A stretch of 64,000 nucleotides of DNA, from the NCBI RefSeq assembly GCF_009914755.1, contig NC_060932.1, one strand, 5' to 3'. Shown here piece by piece: positions 15,170-28,955 of this stretch; position 1 is the stretch's first letter; every line of letters begins with the position of its first letter. The translations under genes were made by a program, and so were the position numbers. Below the pieces are notes generated by a model. It was not told where the DNA came from and made no database searches. It was given only the letters and a program-made list of their open reading frames with translations. This DNA comes from the human T2T-CHM13v2.0 reference genome, Homo sapiens.

Positions 15170-15900
15170 TTATGGGTGTTAGCTATTTTTCATGATAAAT
15201 ACGGTTTTTTGTCTTGTTAGATTGATCCTTTCATCGTTATATAATGTACCTCTTTGTCTCTAATAATTTTCTATGCTATGAAGTCTACTTTATCTGACAT
15301 CAGTAAACACTTCTTATTGTTTTAATACTTGCTTGGTACATGTTTTTCCTCCCACTTACTTTCAGGCTACCTATCTACCTATTGTTATATTTGAAGTGAG
15401 TTTCCTGTAGACAGCATATTTTGGATTATTTTCTTTAATATACTCCAGCAATTTTGTTTTTAAACTGGTGTAGATGAATGTAGATGAATTCAATTTAAGA
15501 AAATGGTTGAAATTGTTGATTTAAGGCATAAGTCTGCCATTTTATTTTGAATATATCTCCTTGTAAAGTTTTCTTACTGGTTGCTCTAGGTATTACAATA
15601 CACAGTCTACTGGTATCGATGTCTTGCCACTTTGAATAAAGGGTAGAAGTCTTGCTTTCATTTAGGCCTTCCAACTTCTAAATATAATTGTCTGAAGTAT
15701 TTCCTCTACATTCCTTGAGTACCACATTATGCGGTGGTATAATTTTTGTTTCAAGTATTATTTTAAAAATTCCTAAGAGGTAGGCTAGTCTGTTTTATTT
15801 ACTCCTATGTTTGCCATATCTTTCTGAAGTTTCAAGCCTTTGTTAGCATTTCCTTTCTGTTCAGACAACTTCTTTAAGGGTAGATTTGCCAGCAACAAAT
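15170..15900 (-). mobile_element. Ancient L1M fragment (ORF1/ORF2 junction region)
   Basis: attgatcctttcatcgttatataatgtacctctttgtctct…aagtctactttatctgacat…gtgagtttcctgtagacagcatat is a typical antisense L1 endonuclease-region signature. Confidence 0.7.
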
Positions 15901-16046
15901 TACCTTAGGCCTTTTATTGTGGGGGGTGGGGACTTTCTTTGAAAACAATTTCATGGGGGAAATTAGAATTATGGTTTAATGTTGCTTCAACAGCATTCAA
16001 AAATATTAAATTGATCTGAGACAAAGGATTTCAAAGTCAGAGTTGA

Positions 16047-16386
<340 letters not shown>

Positions 16387-16590
16387 CAGACTGCCTGGTT
16401 TCTAAATCTAGCTCCACCATTTATTAGCTACGTGACCCTGAGCAAGTGATTTAATTTTCTTGTGTCTGTTTTCTTATCTCTAATGGATACTAATTGTACC
16501 TACCTCAGAAAGACTGAGTCAATACTTGAATAATATATAGATAAAGGGCTGGCATGTATGAGAAATAAATGCCAGCCATTATTTTTACTA
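16387..16590 (+). mobile_element. MIR SINE, interrupted by the AluY
   Basis: agactgcctggtttctaaatctagctccaccatttattagctacgtgaccctgagcaagtgatttaa…gtacctacctcag. Confidence 0.75.
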
Positions 16591-16764
16591 GGGATTATGG
16601 AGATAGATACAGGATACCATACTAGAATTACTCAGTTCCTTCTGTTCTGATTTTAGGCTGGCATATAAATTTGCTTCATATCTAGAACTAACAAATTATG
16701 ATAATGTATTAAGCACGTGAAAACATGTTTCAATGTGGTAGAACATAACTATTGCTGAGAATTT

Positions 16765-16960
16765 TGCTTTAATTCCCAGTTCACTTCTCAATAGAACTTT
16801 GGCAATTTAATTTCTCGAGCATGGTCATCTTCAGTAAATGTATATACTAATTCTCATCTCCTAGGGTTAACGTGAGAATTACATGAGAGAATTCACAGAA
16901 AATGCTTAGCCCAAAGCCTGGCTCTTGGTGACCACCCAACAAATAGGAAGTCTTGTTTTT
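16765..16960 (+). mobile_element. MIR SINE fragment
   Basis: ctcctagggttaacgtgagaattacatgagagaat…aaaatgcttagcccaaagcctggc resembles the MIR 3' part. Confidence 0.6.
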
Positions 16961-17094
16961 ATTACTCACACATTTATGTCTCACACATGCCGGCTCTTCA
17001 TCTAGGATGTCACATATGCTTAAATAACAGTCATATGTGACATCCTACTTTAAGATTCTTACTATTCTTAATATGTTTTTAAATTTTTTCATTA

Positions 17095-17330
17095 ACATTA
17101 TTTTAATTGGCAAATCATAATTGTATTACATTTATAAGGTACAATGTAATGTTTTCATACATGCACACTGTACAATGTGAAATGATTAAATCACACTAAT
17201 TGAAAGATCCATCTCACTTATTTAACATTTTTTGTGATGATACATTTGGAGTTTACTCTCTTATTTTGAAATATACAATACATTATTATTGATGATAGTC
17301 ACCCTGCTGTATAATAGATATCACAACTTT
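17095..17330 (-). mobile_element. L1MA 3' end fragment
   Basis: ttttaattggcaaatcataattgtat…ttttgaaatatacaatacattattattgatgatagtcaccctgctgtataatagat. Confidence 0.8.
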
Positions 17331-17494
17331 GAATATTTTGAGTTAAACTCTCAGGTTCAGTCAATTCTGGGAAACTAGAAAGATGAAATTTGTTGATCTA
17401 CAAAGTTAAGAACCAGGCCACAGACTATGGAAATTTTATTGGGTAAAATGCCACCATGCCAGATATTGTTTGAATCTCACTACCATCTTCACTT

Positions 17495-17906
17495 CTCGTT
17501 ATTAGACACTCCATGTCTTACTGAAGATGAAAGATTGGAAACTAGGCTCTGCCAGCAGGATTTCAATTAGATTTCACCAATAAGAGACACTCATGAAAGC
17601 TGAGGGAGACAGCATTATTCTCCAGTAGCAGCTGTAAGCAGGAATGTGGCAGACAGCAGAAGTGAGACTGTACCAGAAGCTTCCAAAGTTCTCCTGAGAG
17701 TCATTCATTTTGTATTACGGTCAGTCACAATTATTGGTGGTGGTTTCTATGCGATTTCCTTACTTTTAAACTTTTTGAAAGTACTTTTCTTGATCTTAAC
17801 TCCTTAGTTCTGCCAGTAGTTTTGTAGATCACAAATTTCCTGTTTTGCACTACTTCTCAGGTGTTCGGAGTGGCTTCTGCTGTATTGACTAAACCTATCT
17901 GACACA
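17495..17906 (+). mobile_element. Old ERVL-type solo LTR (LTR33/LTR41-like)
   Basis: ctctgccagcaggatttcaattagatttcaccaataagagacactc near the start. Ends gagtggcttctgctgtattgactaaacctatctgacaca. Confidence 0.45.
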
Positions 17907-18189
17907 GTTACCCATGAGTCTTCTTGGTAGGGAATGCTATGTGATTTTCTGATTCTACATGCTTCACGTAGGGATCCACCAAACTATAATACAACAATAG
18001 TAATTTCAGTGTAACAATATTTTCATTATGATACCATGGGGATGCAGAGCACGTTATTTTCAAGCTGGGATCTTCACAGCAGCAACCAAACAAACGTATG
18101 TAAGTGCCTATTCTGCACTCATCGTAACCTTCTCATTGTAACAAGAGACAGGCTGCTCTTCCTATCCTTCTTTGAATTTTGTTTCAACA

Positions 18190-18574
18190 TCTCCTTTCTT
18201 TTTCTTTCTTTCTTTCTTCTTTCTTTCTTTTTTCTTTTCTTTCTTTCTTTTTCGTTCTTTCTTCTTCTTTCTTTCTTTTTCTTTTTTTTTTTTTCTTTTT
18301 TGAGACAGAGTCTCACTCTGTCACCCAGGCTGGAGTACAATGGCATGGTCTTGGCTCACTGCAACCTCTGCCTCCCAGGTTCAAGTGTTTCTCCCACCTC
18401 AGTCTCCTTAGTAGCTAAGTGCCACCACATCCGGCTAATTTTTGTATTTTTAGTAGAGATGGGGTTTCACTATGTTGGCCAGGCTGGTCTCGAACACCTG
18501 ACCTCGTGATCCACCCACCTTGACCTCCCAAAGTGCTGGGATTACAGGTGTGAGCCAAGCCACTGTGCCCGGCC
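18190..18574 (-). mobile_element. Alu SINE (AluSg/Sx-like) with a long CT-rich tail
   Basis: tgagacagagtctcactctgtcacccaggc…tgttggccaggctggtctcgaac..cctgacctcgtgatcc…gcccggcc. Confidence 0.93.
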
Positions 18575-18590
18575 CTTTCTTTCTTTTCTT

Positions 18591-18770
18591 TTTCCTTTCC
18601 TTTCCTTTCCTTTCCTTTCCTTTCCTTTCCTTTCCTTTCCTTTCCTTTCCTTTCCTTTCCTTTCCTTTTCCTTTCCTTTCCTTTCCTTTCCTTTCCTTTC
18701 CTTTCCTTTCCTTTCCTTTCCTTTCCTTTCCTTTCCTTTCCTTTCCTTTCCTTTCCTTTCCTTTCCTTTC
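18591..18770. repeat. (TTTCC)n / (AAAGG)n pentanucleotide repeat, ~35 units with one interruption
   Basis: Directly visible. One TTTTCC unit at 18666-18671. Lies within a pure pyrimidine tract spanning 18575-18825. Confidence 0.98.
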
Positions 18771-18809
18771 TTTCTTTCTTTCTCTTTCTTCTTTCTTTCT
18801 TTCTTTTTC

Positions 18810-18972
18810 TTCTTTTTTTTTTTTTGAGACAGTTTCACTGCGGTCGCCCCAGGCTTGAGTGCCATGGCCCAGTCACAGCTTATAGCAACCTCTGCCTCCC
18901 GGGTTCAAGGGATTCTCCTGCCTCAGTCTCCCAAAATGCTGGTGTTACAGGCGTGAGCCACCATGCCCGGCC
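18810..18972 (-). mobile_element. Monomer-length Alu: left-arm 5' end fused to right-arm body
   Basis: Reverse complement reads ggccgggcatggtggctcacgcctgtaacaccagcattttgggag|actgaggcaggagaatcccttgaacccgggaggcagaggttgc…gtctcaaaaa. Confidence 0.85.
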
Positions 18973-18974
18973 TC

Positions 18975-19928
18975 ACTTTCTCTTCTCTTAAACAGTCATG
19001 GAAATACAGAACACTTCTGCTCACCAAAGTGTGTGCAGTTTTGTTTTGTTTTGTTTGTGTGTGTTTTTGTTTTTTGCACATATCAATCAGTTTTCCAGTG
19101 GGCACCTACTACATGTCTACATACTAACTCAATTCTGATACTATCTACCTGAAGTTAGAGTCAGATCCCATAGGTTAAAGTCTCAGTCCCATAAAACTGC
19201 CCCCACTTCAGATCCCAATCACAAGTTTCAGGTTGTGACTTATGCTTCAAACCTTCTAACCAACTGGCTATAAATCAGGAGTCTTTATAACCCCCTCTCT
19301 GGGTCCCATTAATTTGCTAGAGCAGCTCACAGAACTTAGGGTTACACTTCGCTTACCTTTATTGTACAAGATACAGATGAATAGCCAGATGAAGGAATGC
19401 ACAGGACAAGATATCTGGGAAGGGGCATGAAACATCTGTGCCCTGGGCATGCCACCCTCTTAGCACCTCCATGTGTTCAGCAACAAACAAACTTTCTAAA
19501 TCCCTAATTTTTACAGAGTATTCATCACATAGGTATGATCAATTACTAATTCAATTTCCAGCTTCTCTTCCCTCTCCGAAGAAGGCGGCTGGAGGTGAAA
19601 GTTCCAAGCTTCTAATAATGCCTTGGTCCTTTCTGGTGAGCAGTCCCCATCCATGAGCCCATGAAGAATTACCTCATTAGAGTATGAGCTATTCTGGATA
19701 AGATAATATCTAGAAAAGATAGCCAAACTATGTATTTGAGAAATTACTATCATTAACAAAACTCTAAGAAATTAGGAGCTCTATGTCAGGAACCAGGGTC
19801 AAAGACCAAAAATATTAGAACAAAAAATGCACCTGGAACCCCATCACTCTGGAAATTAAAAGAGTTCTAGGAGTTATGCGCCAGGAACTGGAGGCAGAGA
19901 CCAAGTATATATTTCTTGTTATATCACA
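18975..19928 (-). mobile_element. MER21-type ERVL solo LTR
   Basis: cagaacacttctg…caattctgatactatctacctgaagttagagtcagatccc…taatttgctagagcagctcacagaac. Terminus ggcagagaccaagtatatatttcttgttatatcaca (rc TGTGATAT…). Confidence 0.8.
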
Positions 19929-20516
19929 ATATGACATCTCCCCAGAGGGAACTTACTTTCTAGAACGGGGGGCAGAAGTATTTCCTGTCTCTCTCCCAGT
20001 GGTAGCCATCATTTCTTTTAAAGCATTATCAAGTCTGACACTCAGGCATGGATGGGCTTCTCCAAGTTTGCCTGCTTCACCCACCAACCAGGACTTGCCC
20101 ATCTGAACCACTGACTGTCCAGTGTTTTCCTTGCCCTTCTTCCCAGGCACCTGGGGGAAGGCTGTGGAGATGGCTGGCAGTTGGTGCTGGCTCTTCCTGC
20201 ATCTGGGACATCCAAAGATTCTAAACTATCATGTGTGCCTTCAAGAAACTTAGCCTTTAAGAAACTGTTCAAAGTTTTAGATTTTCTCCTTACTTTTATG
20301 GTTGCCTCCTCTTTTTCATATATTCTGTTAAGGTGAAATAATTTATGTGTCCCATTTTCCCTTGGGGGGCTTGTCACACTTTGCAATTTGAGACACTTGC
20401 TTAATTTATGACCTCAGGACTCTGATAGACTCCAAAATTGTGATTTTGGTGACTATATGAATCTTTCCATAGGGTTAAAGTGAATTCTCAGATGGCTGTT
20501 TAAGTCTTAAGCCACA

Positions 20517-20897
20517 GGATATTATATGGCTCTGTGTCCCCACCCAAATCTCATGTTGAATTGTAATCCCCAGTGTTGGGGGAGGGACCTGGTGAGAGGT
20601 GATTGGATCAGTGGAGCAGATTTCTCCTTTACTGTTCTCATGACAGTGAGTGAGTTTTCATGAGATGTGATTGTTTAAAGTGTGTAGCACCTCCCCTTTC
20701 ACTCTCTCTCTCCTGCTGGCAATGTGAACATGCACTTGCTTCCCTTTCTCCTTCTTCCATGGCTGTAAGTTTCCTGAGGTCTCCCCAGTCATGCTTCCTG
20801 TACAGCCTGCAGAACCGTGAGCCAACAAACCTCTTTTCTTTATAAATTACCCAGTCTCAGGTAGTTCTTTATAGCAATGTGAGAACGGACTAACATA
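20517..20897 (+). mobile_element. THE1D/MST-type MaLR solo LTR with 5-bp TSD
   Basis: ggctctgtgtccccacccaaatctcatgttgaattgtaatcccc…atgcttcctgtacagcctgcagaaccgtgagcc…aaattacccagtctcaggtag. TSD ccaca at 20512-20516 and 20898-20902. Confidence 0.92.
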
Positions 20898-21181
20898 CCA
20901 CATGAGCTTGTAGTCTAATATCTCCTTTAAAAAAGCATTTTCTAAGTCCTATATCTTCTAGCTACTGACCTACATCTTTCATCCCCCTAAGTTAGCCATA
21001 TTTTTATTGTTTTGTGAAAATTAGGTGAAAAGAAAATTTGTAAAGGTCCAACAAGCAATAAATCATAGCTTTTCATATCACTGTTACAATTGATATAGAC
21101 TAGATTTAAACAAAGGTAACCCTACTAATAGGGTCTTTTCATTTCAGAACATAGAATAATTATTGTTAAAAGTGAATGTTT

Positions 21182-21599
<418 letters not shown>

Positions 21600-22640
21600 T
21601 TATCTTTATAATAAGACATCATCAGGTACTGTTGGGAAAATATTAAAATCATGAAGATACATGGGCTCCAACAATATTCATACTGATAAATGATGTATAC
21701 CTTTAAAGAAGAAGTTTTTTTCAGATATCTCAGGACATAAGGGACATATTTCAAATAGAAGCTGGAAAAATATGCACTATTAAAGAATTGTTGAAGAAAA
21801 ATATTTTCTTTGGAATTAAAAGACAGTCAAACTACGTATCTCTATGAACAATGCTCAATATGCGATAATAAATGCAAATTTCACTTTTATAATCCATTCA
21901 GGATTTGGAAGTTTGATTTTGAACATATTCAATTGTTTAATTAGGAATCCTTTCCTAATTTTCAAACATCAGCTTTTTGTTTTTTATTAGCCATTTCTAT
22001 TTCAATTGGCAACAGAGAACATTTTTTCCTTTTCTCGTTGCAGCTAAATCTGGTTTCCAAACTGTAGTCCAAAAAATTATTTTAGGCATAAATTCCTGTA
22101 ACTTTTAATTTTTGTTTAATAAAAAAGTACCAAAACAAAAGTTTAGAAAGCTAGCACAAAACATTTGCATTTTTATTTGGCATATAAATTCTAATAGATA
22201 TCTCTAAGCTTCTGAATTATCAAGCATAATCCCATAGCTCTCAGTTCAGAGATTATTGCCTTAATTTATGGAAATGATTATGTCTCTCAAACTTGAATGA
22301 AAATTACAGTTTTCTATAGTTTATTGAAGGATAAAAATAATTCCACATTTTTTTGCCTGAAGCATATAAGGAGCATATTTATTTCCATAATGTCAAATTA
22401 AAAACTATAGTTCAAACTAAATATCCTTAAATGAATTAAAAAGGAGAGAAATCTATGTCTGTATGACTTTTCATAAACTTGTCTCAACTTAGTACTTCTG
22501 ATAGTCTAAATATCATCCACAAAGTAAAGTCTTATATACTAAATGACATGATTTCTTCCTTCACTTAGAACTTTCATAATATAAATGAAATAAATTATTA
22601 AATGCGTTATTTTATATTTCTTGTTATGTTTGCTGCTTTC

Positions 22641-25600
22641 TTTTTTTGCCTATTGAGATATAATTGAAAAGTAAAAATTTTATATATTTAAGGTGTACAA
22701 CGTGATGGTTTGACGTAGGTATGCAAGTTAACTAACACATTCATTACCTCACATAATTTTACCAATAATTTTTTGTGTGTGTGTGGTGAGAATACTTAAC
22801 ATCTATTCTCTTGGAAAATTTCAAGTTTATGACACAGTACTATTAAATATGGCCACCATGCTATACATTAAGTCCCCAGAAGTTATTCATCTTATAACTG
22901 AAATTTTGTAGCCTTTGACCAAGATCTCCCAATTTCCTTCCCCACCCTCTCTGCCCCTGGCAAACACCCTTCTACTCTCTGCTTCTGTGAGTTCAACATT
23001 TTTCGATTCTGCATCGGTGAGATCATGCAGTATTTACCTTCCTATGTCACAAAGCATCCTGCTCCATAGGCCCATCCATGTTGTCTGAAAGACAGGGATT
23101 TTTTTTCTTTTTTAAGGCTGAATAATATTTTATTGGATATATATACCTCACATTATCTTTATCAATTCATTCAGCAATGGACATTTACGTTATTTCCATA
23201 TCTTGGCTATTGCGAGTAATGCTACTGCAATGAACATGGAAGTGCAGATAGCTCTTTAAGATAATTTTATTCTCTTCCGATGTATACCCAAAAAATGGGA
23301 TTGCTGAATTATTTGCTAATTCTATTTTTATTTTTTTACGATAACTCCATGCAGTTTTCCATGATGGCTATACCAGTTAACATATCCATTGACAGTGCAC
23401 AAGGGCCCCTTTTCTCTACACTCTCGACAACATTTTTTATCTCGTCTTTTTAATAAAAGCCATTCTAATAGGTGTGAGGTGATATCTCACTGTCGTCTTA
23501 ATTTGTATTTCCAGGTAATTAGTGATTATCTTTTCATATGATTGTTGGCCATTTATTCTTAGGTCTTCTTGGCAAACAAATGTCTAGTCAGGTCCTTTGC
23601 CTATTTTTTATCAGTTTTTTTTTTCCTATTGAATTGTATGAGTTTCTTATATATTTTGGATATTAGCCCTTTATCAGACATATAGATTGCAAATATTTTC
23701 TCTCATTCTGTAGGTTACCTTTTCATTTTGTTGATTGTTTTCTTTGATTTCCAGAAGATTTTAGTTTGATGTAGAATAGTCTCACTTGTTTATTTTTGCT
23801 TTGCTTATATGTGCTTTTGGTGTCATACACAACAAATCATTGTCAAGACCAATGTTAAGGAGCTTTTCCTGTGTTTTATTCTAGGAGTTTTATAGTTTCA
23901 GGTCTTACAGTTAAGTCTTTAATCTATTATATATGGTGTAACATAAGACTTCAATTTCACTTTTTTGCATATATATATATCCAGTTTTCCCGACACCATT
24001 TCTTAAAGAAGCTATCCTTTCCTTAGTATGTATTCTTGGCATCCCTGTCAAAGATTAGTTGACTATGTATGCATGGGTTTCTATCTGGGCTCACTATTTC
24101 ATTCCATTGGTCTATATGTATGCTTTTATGTCTGTAACACACTGTTTTGATTACTATAGCTTTGTAATATAGTTTGAAATCAGGAATTGTGGTGCTTCCA
24201 GCTTTGTTCTTTCTCAGGGTTGCTTAGGCTATTCAGGGCCTTTTGTGGTTCCATATGAAATTGAAGACTTTTTCCCTATTTCTGAAAAATGCCACTGGAC
24301 TTTTGAAAAATTGCATTGAATCTATAGATCACTTTGTGTAGTATGGACATTTTAACAATACTAATTCTTCCAATCCATGAACACAAGAGGTCTTTTCATT
24401 TACTTGTGTCTTCTTCAATTTCTTTTATCAATGCCTTATAGTTACATGTACAAATCTTTTATGCCCTTGGTTAAGCTTGTTTCTAAGTATTTTATTTTTT
24501 TGATGTCATATGAATGCAATTGCTTTCTTAATTTCGTTTTTGAGCAGTTTGTTCTTAGTTTATAGAAATGCAATGTATTTTTGTATATTGATTTTTGTGT
24601 CCTGCAACTTTACCGAATTTACTTATCAGTTCTAACAGTTTTTTTGAGGGGTTTTTAGGGTTTTCTCTATATATGATCTTGTCATTGGCAAATAGAAAGA
24701 AATTAACCTTTCTTTCTTATTTGGATGTCGTTTATTTATTTTTCTAGACTAATTATTCTGATATGACTTCCATTACTGTGCTAAACAGAAGTGGCAAATG
24801 TGTGCATCCTTCTTTCTTGTCTTAGAGAAGAGAAAACTTCCTGATATTATAGAAGAAACTTGCAGCTTTTCACCATTGAGTATAATGTTAGCTGTGGGCT
24901 TGTCATATAGATCTTTAGTATGTCGAAGTATATTCTTTCTTTACTTAATTTGTTGAGAGTTTTATCATAAAAAGATGCTGAATTTTGTTAAATGATTTTA
25001 TCCTTTTCTATTGAGATAATCATATAATTTTAATCCTTTATTCCATTAATATGATGTATTTACATTTATTGATTTGCTTATGTTGAACTTTCCTTGCATC
25101 CCAGAGATAATGCCACTTGATCATGGTATTATCCTTTTCATGTGCTATTGAGTATGGCTTGCCAGTACTTTGCTGAGAATTTTTGGATCTATGAAAATCA
25201 GGGATATTGGCTTGTAATTTTCTTTTTCTGTAGTGGCCTTTTATGGCTTTTATATAAAGATAATGCTTGCCTCGTTAAATGAGTTGGACAGTGTTCCTTC
25301 ATTTTCAAGTTTTTGGAAGACTTTGAGAAGGATTGGCATTAATTTTTTAAAGGCTTGGAAGAATTCACTGTTGAATCCATCAGCTCTGTTCCTGGGCTTT
25401 TTTTGCGGGGGAGGTTTTTCAAATTTTTTAAATTGCATCTATCGCTTTGCTTGTTATTCACCTTTTCAGAGTTTCTACTTCTTCGTGATTCAGTCTTGGT
25501 AGGTTATAAATTTCTAGGTATTTATTTGTCTCTTCTCAGTTATCCAATTTGTTGGTGTATAATTGTTTATGGTAGTCTCTACTATATTCTGTATCTCTGT

Positions 25601-26364
25601 GGTATCAGTAATAGTATCTTCTTTTTCATTTATAATTTTTTGAGTATTATCTTTTTCTCTTGGTTAATATAGCTAAATGTCTGTCAGTTTTATCTTTTCA
25701 AAAAAGCAACCCTTGTTTTCATTGATCTTTTGTTTTACTTTTCTACTCTCTGTTTGATTTATTTCTGCTCTAATCTTTATTATTTGCTTCCTTCTAACTT
25801 TGGGCTTAATATGTTCTCCTTTATCTAGTTCTTTTGGGTATAAGTAAGGTTGCTTATTTGAGTTTTTTTTTCTTAATATAGGAATTTATGCTATAAACTT
25901 CCTTCTTACAACTACTTTTGCTGCTTCCCATAAGTTTTGGTGGTTATGTTTCCACTTTTATTTGTCTCAAAATGCTTTTTGATTTTCCTTGTGATCTTTT
26001 CTTTGACTCATGGGCTATTCCTCATTATATTGTTTAATTTCCACTCTATTTGTGAATTTTCTAATTTTTCTTTAGTTATTGTTTTCTAGTTTCAAACAGT
26101 TGTGATCAGAAAAGCTACTTGATATTATTTTAGTCTTAAATTTGTGGAGGCTTGTTTTGTCACCCAAGAGATAATCTATCCTGGAGAACGTTCCATATGT
26201 GCTTGAAAAGACTCTGCATTCTACTGCTATTGGATGAAATGTTCTGTGTATGTATGTTAGGTCTATTTGATCTATAGTGTTATTCAAGTCTGCTGTTTCA
26301 TTATTGGCTTTATGTCTGGACAATCTATCCATTGTTTAAAGATATACTAAGATATTGAAGTCTC
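22641..26364 (-). mobile_element. Long decayed L1MA (L1MA9-like): 3'UTR and most of ORF2
   Basis: 3' end attgagatataattga…aaggtgtacaacgtgatg…gtggtgagaatacttaacatctattctc. ORF remnants 25250-25438 ([40 protein letters not shown]) and 26072-26332 (DLNNTIDQIDLTYIHRTFHP…SDHN) are L1 ORF2 RT-linker and endonuclease. Confidence 0.92.
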
Positions 26365-27091
26365 TTGTTTTTTCTCTAGTATGATGGATCAATTTTAAAA
26401 TTATTATTATTGAAAGTTTAGAAATATTTATTTAGTCCTCACAAATCATTTTTAGTTATTTCCTGGAAATTGTTATTATTGTTTTAAACTTCGGGAAAAC
26501 CTCAGTTAAGTTTCTTTCACATATGTCTCACCAAACCTAAACTAAATGTCTTTTCATCTTATCTTACCCTTAGGGGAATTTCAAAAATACTTACAGCCAT
26601 TCTATTATATCCTGACAGGAGGGGAAATCTGATAAAAAGTTTAGACTGGAAGGGACAGTGTTCTTAATTGTAGCTTAAATATCTTAGTTTTGCAATTTTG
26701 CAAAAATATGTGACTACGTGGGCACATTTATTAGGGTCTCTCCCACAGGCTTGGAAAGATCCTATGCAACTGAGAGGCTCTGAAACTTAAGCATCATTTT
26801 CTTCACAATAAACTACCTCTGATAAGCACTGTGCTAGGTGAATAATGATACAGTGATGAACAAGATGAGTCCCCACCCTGCATACATTTTGCATCCTACT
26901 GGAAGAAAGAAAATAAACACATTTTAAAAATATAGGTTGTGGCAAATGTAGTGAAGAAAATAAAAGGTATACACAACAGAATTATTCTATATAGGATGAT
27001 CTGGAGAATTCTCAATGGAGGTAAAGTTTGGCTTGGGCGATACCATAGTTTTTGAAGCAATTCAAAGAACTGCATGAGCACTTAGAAAAAT

Positions 27092-28130
27092 GGCAGTTTT
27101 ATTGAGGTATAATTCACATATCATACAGTTCACCCCTTGAAAGTATACAGTGATTGATTTTCAGTATAGTCACAAAGTTTTGTTAAACAATGACCATTAT
27201 CCAATTCCAGAATGTTTTCATCACTTTTCCGCAAAATCCTCGTGGTCATTAGCACTCCCCATTCACCTTAACCACAGTCTCTGAAAACCATGAGTACATT
27301 TTCTTTCTTACGGTTTTGCTTATTCTGAACATTTTATATAAATTGAACGATATAATATATGTCTTATTGTGTTTGGATTCTTTCACTTAGCATAATGTTT
27401 TCAAGGTTCATTCATATTGCAACATGCATAAGAACTTTGTTCTTTTTGCAGCCAAATAATATTCCATTGCATGGACAAACCACATTGGTTCATCCATTAA
27501 CCAGTTGATGCAAATGTGTGTTGTGTTGTTTCCACATTTATACTTTGAATAACGTTATAATCATTTATCTGCAAGTTTTTATGTGAATATATGTTTTCAA
27601 TTTTTTTTAGCACCCAAGCAGAGAATTACTGGGACATATGTTAACTCTAAGTTCAACATTTTGAGAAAATGCTTAACTGTTTTCCAAAGCAGTTGCACAA
27701 TTTAACATAATCCTTGCTATGTCTGAGGGTTCTGGTTTCTCTGCTTTCTCACCAAAACTCATTATTTTCTGACTTTTTGATTATAGCCATGCTAGTGGAT
27801 ATGAAGTGGTAACTCATTGTGGTTTTGATTGTATTTCCCTGATGGGTAAGCCTTTTTTCATGTGTTTGTTGACCATTTGCATGTCTTATTTGAAGAAGTA
27901 GGTATTTGAATACTTTGCCCATTTAAAAAATTGGATTTTTGTTTTGTTTTGTTTTACAATTGTTAAGAATTCCTTATATACTCTGGATACAAGTACTGTT
28001 TCATATATATAATTTACAAATACTTTCTCCCAGTTTGTGAGTTGTTTTTCACTGTCAGTGGTGTCTTTTGAAGCAAATCATTTTTAAATATAGATAAAGT
28101 CCAACTTAGCTGTTTTTTTCTCTTGGTGTT
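27092..28130 (-). mobile_element. L1MB-type 3' fragment
   Basis: cagttttattgaggtataattcacatatcatacagttcacc…tttcacttagcataatgttttcaaggttcattcat…ctcattgtggttttgatt. Confidence 0.85.
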
Positions 28131-28652
28131 TTGTTTTATTTCCATTTCATTTCTATTAATCCTTGTTCCTAATTCACTTCATGTTTCATATTGTTAAAGA
28201 AACTTATGTAGACTTACTGCTAGATATTTAATGCTATTTGTACATTTATTCTGCATGTTCAAAATATTTTACAATACTCACAAAAGTTAAAAAGATGGCT
28301 TATAATAAGATTCTCTTAGAAAGATTCTGGGAAGACTTTCAAGAGTTATAAGGATAGGTAAATAATATTTGTATGTATACAAACAAACTCGAGGCAGTAT
28401 TGCATAGAATAGCTGTAAATGGTTTACTATACAGTTTTGAAAAAGACATCACTTTGTCCTATTTGGTGTGAAAATAGTTTAATTATTGTTTGGATAGGAG
28501 TTTATTATTTAATGCTTTGCATACTTGCAAAGTGTTAGAACAAAGCCTTGCCAATGAAATTCTGTAGAATGAATAGAGGAATGTTAGAGAATTTTAATGT
28601 CTTTTAGTGTGTAGTGATTAATATGTGAAGTTTCTTTTGTCTTTTTTTCTAA

Positions 28653-28955
<303 letters not shown>

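Noticed and set aside
18036-18865. ORFs of 107-157 aa with FPFLS or KGKER repeats
   Set aside because: Translations of Alu sequence and the (TTTCC)n / CT-rich tracts, not genes.
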